Source: Candidatus Woesearchaeota archaeon
Lineage (GTDB): Archaea > Nanobdellota > Nanobdellia > Woesearchaeales > ARS49
Direction of reading: 5' to 3'
Length of the DNA stretch: 61,147 bases
Assembly: GCA_016929895.1 (NCBI GenBank)
Contig: JAFGHW010000048.1
Span: 1-61,147 of the forward strand
The notes under the pieces were generated by a model. It saw only the letters and a list, made by a program, of their open reading frames with translations, was not told the origin of the DNA and ran no database searches. The translations under genes were made by a program, and so were the position numbers. Below are positions 29,588 to 38,372 of this stretch, one piece after another (position 1 is the first letter of the stretch; the number at the start of each line of letters is the position of its first letter).

Positions 29588-30708
29588 TTTAATATCTCCT
29601 TTAATTCTGAAACAATATAATCTATTTCTTCAAAAGTCAATTCGTTGTACATTGGCAAAGCAAGGCTTTGCTCAAAAACTATTTTCGTAACCGGAAAATC
29701 TTGTTCATTACATTCTGCCACATTGCTATAAACCGGTTGCATATGCAAAGCATAAGTCCCTATTTGGGTTTGAATGCCTTTTTCTTTAAGTCGGGTAATC
29801 AAATCATTCCTGTTTATATTTTTATCTAACAAGATAGTGTATGCTTGATAAACATGCCTATTGTATTCCTCTGCAACAGGGCACTGTACTTGTTTGATAT
29901 CTTTTAGTTTTTCATTGTAATATTCCGCCAATTGTCTTCTTTTTTCAATAAACTTTTCAGATCTTTTCAGCTGAATCAAGGTAATTGCTGCGGCAATATC
30001 GCTAAGTTTGTAGTTATAACCCAATTTAGTGAAAGTAGGGATATGAAAATCTTTTTCTCTGGAAAACGCAGAAGTCATACCAAAACAAGACAAACTCCTG
30101 ATAGTGTCTGCTATTTCTTGATTGTTAGTTGTAATTATTCCTCCTTCTCCAGAAGTAATATTTTTTCTTGCATGAAAAGAAAAACAGCCAACATCACCCA
30201 TGCTGCCAGCAAATCTTCTTTTATACTTATTTCCAACGGCGCAGGCTGCGTCTTCGATTACAAATAGACTATGTTTTTTTGCAATTTTTATAATAGAATC
30301 CATATCCGCACACAATCCAAACATATGCACAGGAATTATTGCCTTGGTATTCTTGGTTATCTTTTTTTCAATCAGTTTGGTATTAATGTTGAACGTCGTA
30401 GGATCAATGTCAATGAAAACCGGTTTAGCATTGACATATAAAACTGCATGGGCTGTTGCAGGGAAAGTAAAATCGGGAACAATAACTTCATCTCCTCTGC
30501 CAATACCCAAAGCAAGCAACGCTAAATGAAGAGCAGCAGTACAATTGCTAATGCAAATAGCATGTTTTACACCGATATATTTAGCAAATTCTTCTTCCAG
30601 TTCTTTATTTTTAGGCCCTTGTCCGGCCACCCATCCTGTTTCAAGAACCTTTTTTATTTCCTCAGTTTCTTCTTTGTCAAAAAATGGCTTGCTAAGCGGT
30701 ATATTCAT
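29584..30708 (-). CDS. DegT-family PLP sugar aminotransferase (WbpE-like)
   Basis: 374 aa. The PLP lysine sits in FSFHARKNITSGEGG. It shares a 4-nt overlap with the SDR gene. Confidence 0.88.
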   Translation of the reverse strand: MNIPLSKPFFDKEETEEIKKVLETGWVAGQGPKNKELEEEFAKYIGVKHAICISNCTAALHLALLALGIGRGDEVIVPDFTFPATAHAVLYVNAKPVFIDIDPTTFNINTKLIEKKITKNTKAIIPVHMFGLCADMDSIIKIAKKHSLFVIEDAACAVGNKYKRRFAGSMGDVGCFSFHARKNITSGEGGIITTNNQEIADTIRSLSCFGMTSAFSREKDFHIPTFTKLGYNYKLSDIAAAITLIQLKRSEKFIEKRRQLAEYYNEKLKDIKQVQCPVAEEYNRHVYQAYTILLDKNINRNDLITRLKEKGIQTQIGTYALHMQPVYSNVAECNEQDFPVTKIVFEQSLALPMYNELTFEEIDYIVSELKEILK

Positions 30709-30725
30709 ATTGCAACCACCAGATT

Positions 30726-30752
30726 TTTATAAATCTGAAGTGATTTATAAAT
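30726..30752. promoter_or_regulatory. Two copies of TTTATAAAT (archaeal TATA-box-like) in a divergent intergenic region
   Basis: TTTATAAAT occurs at 30726-30734 and again at 30744-30752, between the divergently transcribed 29584-30708 (-) and 30860-31717 (+). The first copy lies about 18-26 nt from the minus-strand ATG. This is weak evidence in an AT-rich genome. Confidence 0.3.
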
Positions 30753-30859
30753 TTTGCCTATTAATGCTTCATTAGTCTTTTTCTTATTTTTCGGAAAATC
30801 TGCGAAAGATTTTTAAATCAAATAGTGTATGTTGATTCCATAATTGGGTGGAGGGGTTT

Positions 30860-31717
30860 ATGAATTTTTGCCCTTTATGTAACATAAGAAAAATACAAGT
30901 AAAATATACTCTAAAGTTAGACAGATCATTAAAAGATACTTCTTATTTTAAAATCATACAATGTAAAGTCTGCAAACTTGTATTCAGTAGCCTTTTGGAT
31001 TATCCGGAACAAATTGATTCTGGGTATGAGGAAGAATATTTCTCAAAATATGATACATCATTTGAAGACAATCAAAAGACTAGAACTTTTAAAAAAGCCT
31101 TGAAATTATTGAATAAAGCCAAGCCTAAAAAAGGAAAAATACTTGACTTTGGCTGTGCCGAAGGAAACTTTTTAGTTCTTGCTAAACAAACAGGCTGGAA
31201 TGTTTGTGGAATAGATTTATCTAAATTTGCAGCAAAAATAGCTCGAAAAAGAGGTCTGAACGTATTCAATAAAACAATAAATGACGCAAAATTCCAAAAA
31301 GAATCATTTGATGTGATTACTTTATGGGATGTAATAGAACATTTAAGCAATTTAAATGATACTTTCAAAGAATTCAAAAGAGTATTAAAAAAAGATGGTT
31401 TATTAGTTATACGAACACCGAATGAAAAAAGCATTTTTCATCTAATTGCGCATTTATCATATATTTTGAGTTTTAAAAAAATTAAATTTCTCTTAAACAC
31501 AATTTATCATTCAGATCATCTTTATTATTTTTCAAAACAAACATTAACAAAAATATTGGAAAAAAATGGATTTAAAATCAGAAAAATAATTATGAATGAT
31601 CAAACAACTATGTTTTATAAAAATCCAGTTTTGAAATGTTTAGTTTGGAAAATCCGATTTTTTGGTGTACTTTTGAATAAACAACATGCAATGCTCGCTA
31701 TTGCAATCAAAAAATAA
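30860..31717 (+). CDS. Class-I SAM-dependent methyltransferase with N-terminal zinc ribbon
   Basis: It has CPLC...CKVC and SAM motif I ILDFGCAEGNF. A GGTGGAGGGG sequence at 30847-30856 sits just upstream of the ATG at 30860; the track start at 30848 is a GTG. Confidence 0.8.
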   Translation: MNFCPLCNIRKIQVKYTLKLDRSLKDTSYFKIIQCKVCKLVFSSLLDYPEQIDSGYEEEYFSKYDTSFEDNQKTRTFKKALKLLNKAKPKKGKILDFGCAEGNFLVLAKQTGWNVCGIDLSKFAAKIARKRGLNVFNKTINDAKFQKESFDVITLWDVIEHLSNLNDTFKEFKRVLKKDGLLVIRTPNEKSIFHLIAHLSYILSFKKIKFLLNTIYHSDHLYYFSKQTLTKILEKNGFKIRKIIMNDQTTMFYKNPVLKCLVWKIRFFGVLLNKQHAMLAIAIKK

Positions 31718-31846
31718 TAACATTTATAAAGCATATAGCTCTTTGAAATTATTGCAGAATAAGTTTATTGAAAAAAAAGAAAGTTTTTTATTATTCAGTT
31801 TATTTAACTTAAAAGTGTATACGAATTATAGGAGGGGCGAATTATA

Positions 31847-33295
31847 ATGAGCGATGTGGTCTTAGTATATCCGATACCTACTAATGAACAAACTGAAACA
31901 ATGGGGCCTCCTTTGTCAATTTTGTATTTAGGTTCTTTTCTTGAAGATAAAGGATTTATTGTAGATTATTATGATGAACGAATATCACCAGTAGGTGTTT
32001 TAAAAGATTATTTGCGCGAAAAACCGCTTTTAATTGCAGTTTCTTCTATGACAGGATACCAACTTTTGGGAGCGCGAAGATCTTTGCAATTAGCAAAAGA
32101 AATAGCACCCGAAACTAAAACTATCTTAGGCGGAGTTCATGCTTCTTTAGTAGCTGAGCAATGTTTAAAAGAATCGTATGTTGACTTTGTATGTATCGGT
32201 GAAGGAGAGCTTACATTATTGGAACTTACTAAAATGCTAAAAGAAGGAAAACACGTTATGCATTCTATTTCAGGCTTAGGTTGGAAAGATCAAAATAATC
32301 GAGTTTTTATAAATAAAAAGAGAGATTTTATGGATTTAGATCAATCTGTGGCGCCGATAACAAAAAAATCTGCACCGTTATATGAGCATTATCCTTGGAA
32401 AAAAGTTCAAATATCCCGTGGATGCCCGCATCGGTGTGTATTTTGTTATAATACATATTTTAATGAGAGAAGATATCGCATCAAGTCAATTGATAAAATT
32501 GAAGAAGAATTAAAAGTATTAAAAGATTTTTTCCCTTCTATGAAACAAGTAACTCTTTTGAGCGATAATATTGGAAGAAACAAGACAAGAGTAAAAGCCA
32601 TTTCAGAACTCATGAAATCTTATAATTTTAAATGGCATACTGGTATTCGTTCTGAATATATTGACCAGGAAATGATAGATATTTTAGAATCTTCCTGCGA
32701 TTCTCTTTTTTTAGGAGTAGAAAGTGCTTCTCCTAGAATTATTAAATTTATTAATAAAGATAATACATCTGAAGATGCTTTGAATGCGGCAAAAATTATT
32801 TCTAAATCTTCGATAAAGCCGTATTATTCTTTTATGACTGGTTTTCCTGATGAAACAAAAGAAGAAATTCTTGCTTCGATGGATTTAGCCGATAAAATCC
32901 AAAAGATTGATCCGAAATCAATAATAACACCATTTTTTATATTCACTGCTTTTCCAGGAACAGAACTTTATAAATTTGCTTTAACATATGAAGGATATAC
33001 TAGTCCTAATAGTTTTGATGAATGGTCAAGTTTCAGTTTAAATCAAGTTAGTATGCCTTGGATGGATAAGAAGACAAGTAATTTAGCTTTGAATCTCTAT
33101 TATATCTCCATGCTTCTTTATCTAGAAGAAAAAGATTATTCAAGAACAAAATTTGAGAAGGCCTTTTTTAACTTTTTAAAATCCCGCGCAAGACAAAAAT
33201 GGCAAAATAGAGACTTCAATTTTGATATAGAAAGAGAGTTATTTACTAAATATAACGAAGATGTAAAAGTAAAACAACTTTCAAAAAAACTATAA
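31847..33295 (+). CDS. B12-binding-domain radical SAM enzyme (class B)
   Basis: 482 aa. The B12-like domain reads VVLVYPIP...LSILYLGSFL. CPHRCVFC lies at nt 32423-32446. A GGAGGGG sequence lies at 31831-31837. Confidence 0.85.
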   Translation: MSDVVLVYPIPTNEQTETMGPPLSILYLGSFLEDKGFIVDYYDERISPVGVLKDYLREKPLLIAVSSMTGYQLLGARRSLQLAKEIAPETKTILGGVHASLVAEQCLKESYVDFVCIGEGELTLLELTKMLKEGKHVMHSISGLGWKDQNNRVFINKKRDFMDLDQSVAPITKKSAPLYEHYPWKKVQISRGCPHRCVFCYNTYFNERRYRIKSIDKIEEELKVLKDFFPSMKQVTLLSDNIGRNKTRVKAISELMKSYNFKWHTGIRSEYIDQEMIDILESSCDSLFLGVESASPRIIKFINKDNTSEDALNAAKIISKSSIKPYYSFMTGFPDETKEEILASMDLADKIQKIDPKSIITPFFIFTAFPGTELYKFALTYEGYTSPNSFDEWSSFSLNQVSMPWMDKKTSNLALNLYYISMLLYLEEKDYSRTKFEKAFFNFLKSRARQKWQNRDFNFDIERELFTKYNEDVKVKQLSKKL

Positions 33296-33296
33296 A

Positions 33297-34754
33297 ATGA
33301 ATAAATCACAGTTTTTTTGGAGGTCTAATTTGAAAAAAAGAAAAGTTTTATTATTCAACCCCCCCGGCGCAAAAAGATATAATAGAGATACTTTCTGTAG
33401 CGGCACAACCAAGGGAAAATATTCGTGGCCACCACAAGATCTTCTGTGTTTGAGCGGAATCTTGTATGGGAAACACGATATTATAGTATTAGACGCCACA
33501 GTAGATATGATGGCAAAGGACGTATGTCTAAATAAAATAAAAGAGATGGATATCGACACTTTAATTTTTCTTACAGGAGTAGCATCATGGAAGGAAGATT
33601 CCGAATTTGTTAAAAAGATAAAAGAAATAAAAAAAGATTTAGATGTTATTGGAATAGGAGGATTTTTCTTGGCTATGGGCACAAAAATAATGAATGAAAA
33701 TCAATTTTTAAATGCCATATTGATGGATTTTACTTCTAATAATATTTTAACATATTTAGAAGGACCGACAGGAAAAATAGATAATATAATTTATAGAAGA
33801 AATAATGAGATAACAAATGGAGGAATCGTCCCCCCGAGTGGTATAACGTTCGCCTATCCCATCCCAAGACATGAAATGTTTCCAATAACAAGATATAAAC
33901 TACCCATAATTAAAAAACATCCATTTACAAACATTCTTTTTTCCTTAGGATGTGTTAATAAATGTAAATTTTGTCCTTATGGCGAAGGAAGCAAGATTCC
34001 TTATACTTTCAGAGACGTGGAAAATACTATAGAAGAAATGAAGTACATAAAATCATTAGGAATAAATGAAATAAGATTTATGGATTACAGTATTTCAATA
34101 AATAAACCGAATCTTAAAAAATTATGCGAAAGAATGATAGAAGAAAAATTCAACTTCACATGGCACGCCCTATCAAAAGTAACTGAGGTTGATGAAGAAT
34201 CACTTTCATTAATGAAAAAATCGGGATGCAAAACATTATTATTTGGTGTTGAAAATGGAGATCAAAGAATACTTGATATGTACGCAAAAGGAATAACTCT
34301 TGAAAGAATAAAATATATATTTGGAGTATGCAAAAAGCTAAAAATAGATACTCTGGCACATTTTATCATTGCTTTGCCTGGAGAGGATGAAGCTTCTGTC
34401 AATAAAACAATTGATTTCAGCATTGAATTAGATCCTGATTATGCTAATTTTTCAGTAGCGGCCCCTTATGTAGGAACTGCAATGCGTAAGGAAGCGATTG
34501 AAAAAGGATGGATTGACAAAAGATTTGAGAATGATATATTCTCTGATGCAGCACAATATCCCATAATGGAAACCGAAAAACTTACAAAAGAGCAGGTTTG
34601 GAAGTTGAAAAATAAAGCAGTAAGAAAATTCTTCTTTAGACCATCATATATATTAAAACGATTTATAAGAATAAGATCTTTAGACGATTTTATAGTACAG
34701 GCAAAAGTAGGTATATCGCTTATTCAAAATATGAAAAAAGCCGTATTTAAGTAA
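33297..34754 (+). CDS. B12-binding-domain radical SAM enzyme (class B), second of a tandem pair
   Basis: 485 aa with KVLLFNPPG...PPQDLLCLSGIL. CVNKCKFC lies at nt 33951-33974. The ATG lies 1 nt after the preceding stop. Confidence 0.8.
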   Translation: MNKSQFFWRSNLKKRKVLLFNPPGAKRYNRDTFCSGTTKGKYSWPPQDLLCLSGILYGKHDIIVLDATVDMMAKDVCLNKIKEMDIDTLIFLTGVASWKEDSEFVKKIKEIKKDLDVIGIGGFFLAMGTKIMNENQFLNAILMDFTSNNILTYLEGPTGKIDNIIYRRNNEITNGGIVPPSGITFAYPIPRHEMFPITRYKLPIIKKHPFTNILFSLGCVNKCKFCPYGEGSKIPYTFRDVENTIEEMKYIKSLGINEIRFMDYSISINKPNLKKLCERMIEEKFNFTWHALSKVTEVDEESLSLMKKSGCKTLLFGVENGDQRILDMYAKGITLERIKYIFGVCKKLKIDTLAHFIIALPGEDEASVNKTIDFSIELDPDYANFSVAAPYVGTAMRKEAIEKGWIDKRFENDIFSDAAQYPIMETEKLTKEQVWKLKNKAVRKFFFRPSYILKRFIRIRSLDDFIVQAKVGISLIQNMKKAVFK

Positions 34755-35129
34755 TTAAGGTTTTCTTAAAGTTCTGAAATAAAAGATTATTACTCCGATT
34801 ATTATAAGTATGGCAGATACATAAAGATAATATTCCTTAATTTTCACTTTAATAGTCATATTAATAAAATAAAGAAGGAAAGACTGTAAACCATACCCTG
34901 AACCTGTTCCTATAATAAGTCTTTCTATCTGTCCTATCTTGCCATAGAATAACAAACAAATAGAATATCCTGGTATTATGAAAAGATAGAAATGTGCAAT
35001 AGCCATTTTTAATACTAAAAATATATTCTCTTTATAATAATGGATTTGAAAAAATAAATAAAATAAGATAAAGGCAATAATTATTACTTTTAATTCATTT
35101 AATATTGCTTTTTTGACATCAGATTTCAT
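34755..35129 (-). CDS. Small integral membrane protein (about 4 TM helices), function unknown
   Basis: 124 aa, hydrophobic. Its start overlaps the stop of the upstream 596-aa membrane protein by 4 nt. Confidence 0.5.
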   Translation of the reverse strand: MKSDVKKAILNELKVIIIAFILFYLFFQIHYYKENIFLVLKMAIAHFYLFIIPGYSICLLFYGKIGQIERLIIGTGSGYGLQSFLLYFINMTIKVKIKEYYLYVSAILIIIGVIIFYFRTLRKP

Positions 35130-36916
35130 GATAATGCCTCATCTTCAAAGCAGTCTCCACCAAGATTATTATTTTTTAATATAACAACAAGATTATTCTG
35201 GAATACAGGAACAAAATTATTTTCGTTAATCAATTTTTCCAACAATTTTAAAGTATATTTTTGTATTGGGGGACTTCTGCTTACTTTGTCGGTGTACAGA
35301 TATTCGTAATTGCATAATGAGTGCATCATACTAACAAATTTACGTTCTTTTTCGACATATGTGCCGTTTTCCTTAAAAAAGGTTTCTGCAAGTATAAACC
35401 CTCTTACCTGCATTGTTGAAGTTAAAACACCTTCAGAAGCTTTTTTAACATAATAATCAATATAAGTTCTGAATTGATTTTTTAGCATCATATAAAACAC
35501 AGTTTCCTGGTTATATCTATCTCCATAAAGAACTAGTATTTTCTCGTCATCATCAACATTATCTCTTACCCATTTAAATGCCTCCCAGGTATAAGGATCT
35601 GCAAAAGCATAACCTCCAAGCGGCGTCGGAGCATGATACATATAAGTTGGGATAAGAGTAGCTAAAAATAATACGGAAAAAATGAACACAGGCGCAAGTT
35701 TTATTTTTATAATTTTTTTAAGAAATAAATAGATGATAAATAATGTTAAACCAGTTATAGGCATAAGAAGAATAGGGAAAAGATGTCCTATTTGTGTTGT
35801 TTTATTTCCTAAAACACTGAAAAGACCATTAAATGCAAACATAAAACTCACAGATATTATTATATCTATTGTTCTTATTTTCTTAAATATTAAAAAACCA
35901 AGACCAATAATAATACCTATAATGAGTAAATACTTAAAAAATCCAAACTGCCATAAATAAACATGGTGTGGAAGCCAAGGAGGCATGTATTGAATTAAAA
36001 TACTATTTACTTGTGCGTATCCATGTGCCGCACTTTTAATATATAAAAACATGAAAAGAATCGGAATATAATGAAACATCATTAGTAACATTATTGGGAT
36101 TGATAAAATATAATTTCTAAGAGCAATTAATGTTACATTTTCTTTTAATAAGGTGATTATACCTTTTGGATTTTTTATAATTTTTTGCAGTATTTTCTCT
36201 TTTAGAAACCTCACTAAGAAATAAAGAGCAACACCAGTATTAAACATTAGTGTTTCTCTTGCGTGTGCTAAAAAACCGGCGCCATTCATAATACCTAAAA
36301 AAATAAACATGTATCTTTTATTTAAATGAAGAATACAAAATAAACCAACCACAGCAAAAAGCATTGTTGCAGGCGAAAGGCACATCCCCCAAGTGATTGT
36401 ATACTGAAAAGGCCACTTAAACACAAGTAAACTTAAAGGCAGAGAAAGTATAGCCAATCTTAAATCAATCTTTTTCAAAAAATAGAATACCATCAAAGTT
36501 GATAAAACGATAAATAAAAGAGTTGAATGCATTATAAATTCATGAGTTTCAAGGCCGGTGAACAGAGAAAGTTGTCCTGCGATAATACCACTAATCATAG
36601 AAAAAGTAGTAATAACGCCCGGTGTTCCCTGTGATAAATAAAAAGGCAGATGTGAAATATCGCTTTCAAGTTTAGCCATTTCAGCATAAACAGAACAGGT
36701 AAACATATCACCCGCGTTATAATTGAATGGTGCATCATGTTCAAGTAAACCTGCGTTAAAAAAAGACATAAATTTCAACATAATTATCAGAAAAATTATC
36801 AGAAAGATAAATTCGATTTTTATTTTCTTAACATACTTAAAAAGTGATGCTAACTTATTGCAGTGAATAAGGTTATCTGTATATGCCGAATTATCTTTCT
36901 TATTGTCTCCATCCAT
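35126..36916 (-). CDS. Polytopic membrane protein with C-terminal soluble domain; candidate GT-C-like transferase or polymerase
   Basis: 596 aa with about 12 or more hydrophobic helices. The first loop is acidic (LLEHDAPFNYNAGD). A non-membrane tail of about 170 aa follows. I recognise no diagnostic family motif. Confidence 0.45.
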   Translation of the reverse strand: MDGDNKKDNSAYTDNLIHCNKLASLFKYVKKIKIEFIFLIIFLIIMLKFMSFFNAGLLEHDAPFNYNAGDMFTCSVYAEMAKLESDISHLPFYLSQGTPGVITTFSMISGIIAGQLSLFTGLETHEFIMHSTLLFIVLSTLMVFYFLKKIDLRLAILSLPLSLLVFKWPFQYTITWGMCLSPATMLFAVVGLFCILHLNKRYMFIFLGIMNGAGFLAHARETLMFNTGVALYFLVRFLKEKILQKIIKNPKGIITLLKENVTLIALRNYILSIPIMLLMMFHYIPILFMFLYIKSAAHGYAQVNSILIQYMPPWLPHHVYLWQFGFFKYLLIIGIIIGLGFLIFKKIRTIDIIISVSFMFAFNGLFSVLGNKTTQIGHLFPILLMPITGLTLFIIYLFLKKIIKIKLAPVFIFSVLFLATLIPTYMYHAPTPLGGYAFADPYTWEAFKWVRDNVDDDEKILVLYGDRYNQETVFYMMLKNQFRTYIDYYVKKASEGVLTSTMQVRGFILAETFFKENGTYVEKERKFVSMMHSLCNYEYLYTDKVSRSPPIQKYTLKLLEKLINENNFVPVFQNNLVVILKNNNLGGDCFEDEALS

Positions 36917-37023
36917 CTATATTATAATTAAAAGTGAATTTAAAAAACTTGCTATTTCTTGAATAGTCTTGGCTAACTTCAAATCCGCAACCTTTTTATA
37001 TTACGCAATAATAAGAAAAATTA

Positions 37024-38022
37024 ATGAAAATAACCATACGTTCAAAATTTTTGAACATAATAAGAGATTGGATATCTTCGCGATTAGCTAAGAACATAAT
37101 CACTAAAAAAATATTTTATTCAAAACCAATTACTAATAAGAAATGGGATCTTTTTTCTATAGAATTAACTAATCATTGTCCAATGAAGTGTGATGTTTGC
37201 CCAAGAACCAACAATATGACTCGGCCTTTAGGGTTCATGGATTTTTCATTGTTTAAAAAAATAATAGACCAAGCAAGCGAGAAAATAAATTCTGTGTGGC
37301 TTCATCAATTTGGAGACAGTTTAGTACATCCCGAATTTAAAGAATTTATTATTTATGCTCAAAACAAAGGAATCAAAACAAAATTATCTACAAATGCAAT
37401 ACTCTTAAATGAAGTTACATCTAAAAAATTGATAGAATCCGGCTTAGACAGACTGATTATTTCTTTGGATTCTACTGATGAAGAAAGTCAGACCAAAACT
37501 AGAGGAGTTCCTGGGATTTACAAAAAATCTGTTGAAAACGTTAAAAAGTTCTTAGAAGTAAGAAAATGCGCAGGGTCTAAAAAACCCAACACTATTTTAC
37601 AGATGATTGAATATGAATATACAAAAAATTTAGTTCCAATTTTTATAAATCAATGGAAAAATAATAGCGATCTGGATGAAATCTCGATTGGTACTTTTGT
37701 AAATTGGAACGGAGGAGTCGATAGAATCAATAACTACACAAAAAAATTAAGTTTATTACTGAGATTTGTTAAAAAATTCAATAAAAAGAAATCCCGATAT
37801 AATTGTTGTCATTTCCCATGGAGATCTTTATCTATTCTTTGGGATGGCACTGTTGTTCCTTGCTGTTTTGATTATGATGGTTTATATGTTTTAGGAAATG
37901 TTAAAGATCAGTCTCTTGATGAAATATGGAATGGAGAGAAAATGCAGGCTTTAAGAAATGAATTTATTCATAATAAAGTAACAAATAAATTATGCTCCAC
38001 TTGCCGCGGTAGATTTATATAA
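37024..38022 (+). CDS. Radical SAM enzyme with C-terminal SPASM-like Cys-rich domain
   Basis: 332 aa. CPMKCDVC lies at nt 37177-37200. The C-terminal cysteines are CCHFPW...VPCCFDYDG...CSTCRG. Confidence 0.8.
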   Translation: MKITIRSKFLNIIRDWISSRLAKNIITKKIFYSKPITNKKWDLFSIELTNHCPMKCDVCPRTNNMTRPLGFMDFSLFKKIIDQASEKINSVWLHQFGDSLVHPEFKEFIIYAQNKGIKTKLSTNAILLNEVTSKKLIESGLDRLIISLDSTDEESQTKTRGVPGIYKKSVENVKKFLEVRKCAGSKKPNTILQMIEYEYTKNLVPIFINQWKNNSDLDEISIGTFVNWNGGVDRINNYTKKLSLLLRFVKKFNKKKSRYNCCHFPWRSLSILWDGTVVPCCFDYDGLYVLGNVKDQSLDEIWNGEKMQALRNEFIHNKVTNKLCSTCRGRFI

Positions 38023-38372
38023 TTGTATTTAATCAGTATTACGTTTAAAAAAGATATAATGCTTTTTATAAATAATCCACACAGTTTTTGGTATCTTTGT
38101 TAAATTCTGGAATAAGTTAGGTATTATTAACTAACTGAGACTATGCTAATTTGAATGTAGAATCAAAAAAAGTGCTGTGCACTTAATAACATTTTTCCAA
38201 GAAATAAGATAGATAATTTGGGAAAACCAAAATTTCGCAAATCCTTCTGATTCTGTTTATTTGGTTGTTTAAATAATTTTTAACGCTTTAAAAATAATTA
38301 TCATTCTACATTAAAGAATTTATGGTTTGTTGTAGAAATCTTGCAGAAACATTTTTAAATTGAATCATATGA

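Noticed and set aside
37024-38022. The radical SAM/SPASM enzyme might be an anaerobic sulfatase-maturating enzyme acting on the sulfatase-like protein at 9512-11062.
   Set aside because: The sulfatase-like protein has no C/S-x-P/A-x-R formylglycine target motif. The two genes are 26 kb apart on opposite strands, so the link is unsupported.
38304-38337. A 7-bp inverted repeat (TTCTACA ... TGTAGAA) lies upstream of the UPF0104 gene and might be an operator or terminator.
   Set aside because: A 7-bp stem with a 20-nt loop in AT-rich DNA is not statistically remarkable, and no second copy or flanking T-run supports a function.
38059-38363. Tiny ORFs in the 350-nt gap might be RiPP precursors for the SPASM enzyme. 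They are 38059-38103 (MLFINNPHSFWYLC) and 38322-38363 (MVCCRNLAETFLN).
   Set aside because: Neither has a Shine-Dalgarno-like sequence or a leader-like region. ORFs this short are expected by chance in AT-rich sequence, so this is noted only as something a conservation check could revisit.
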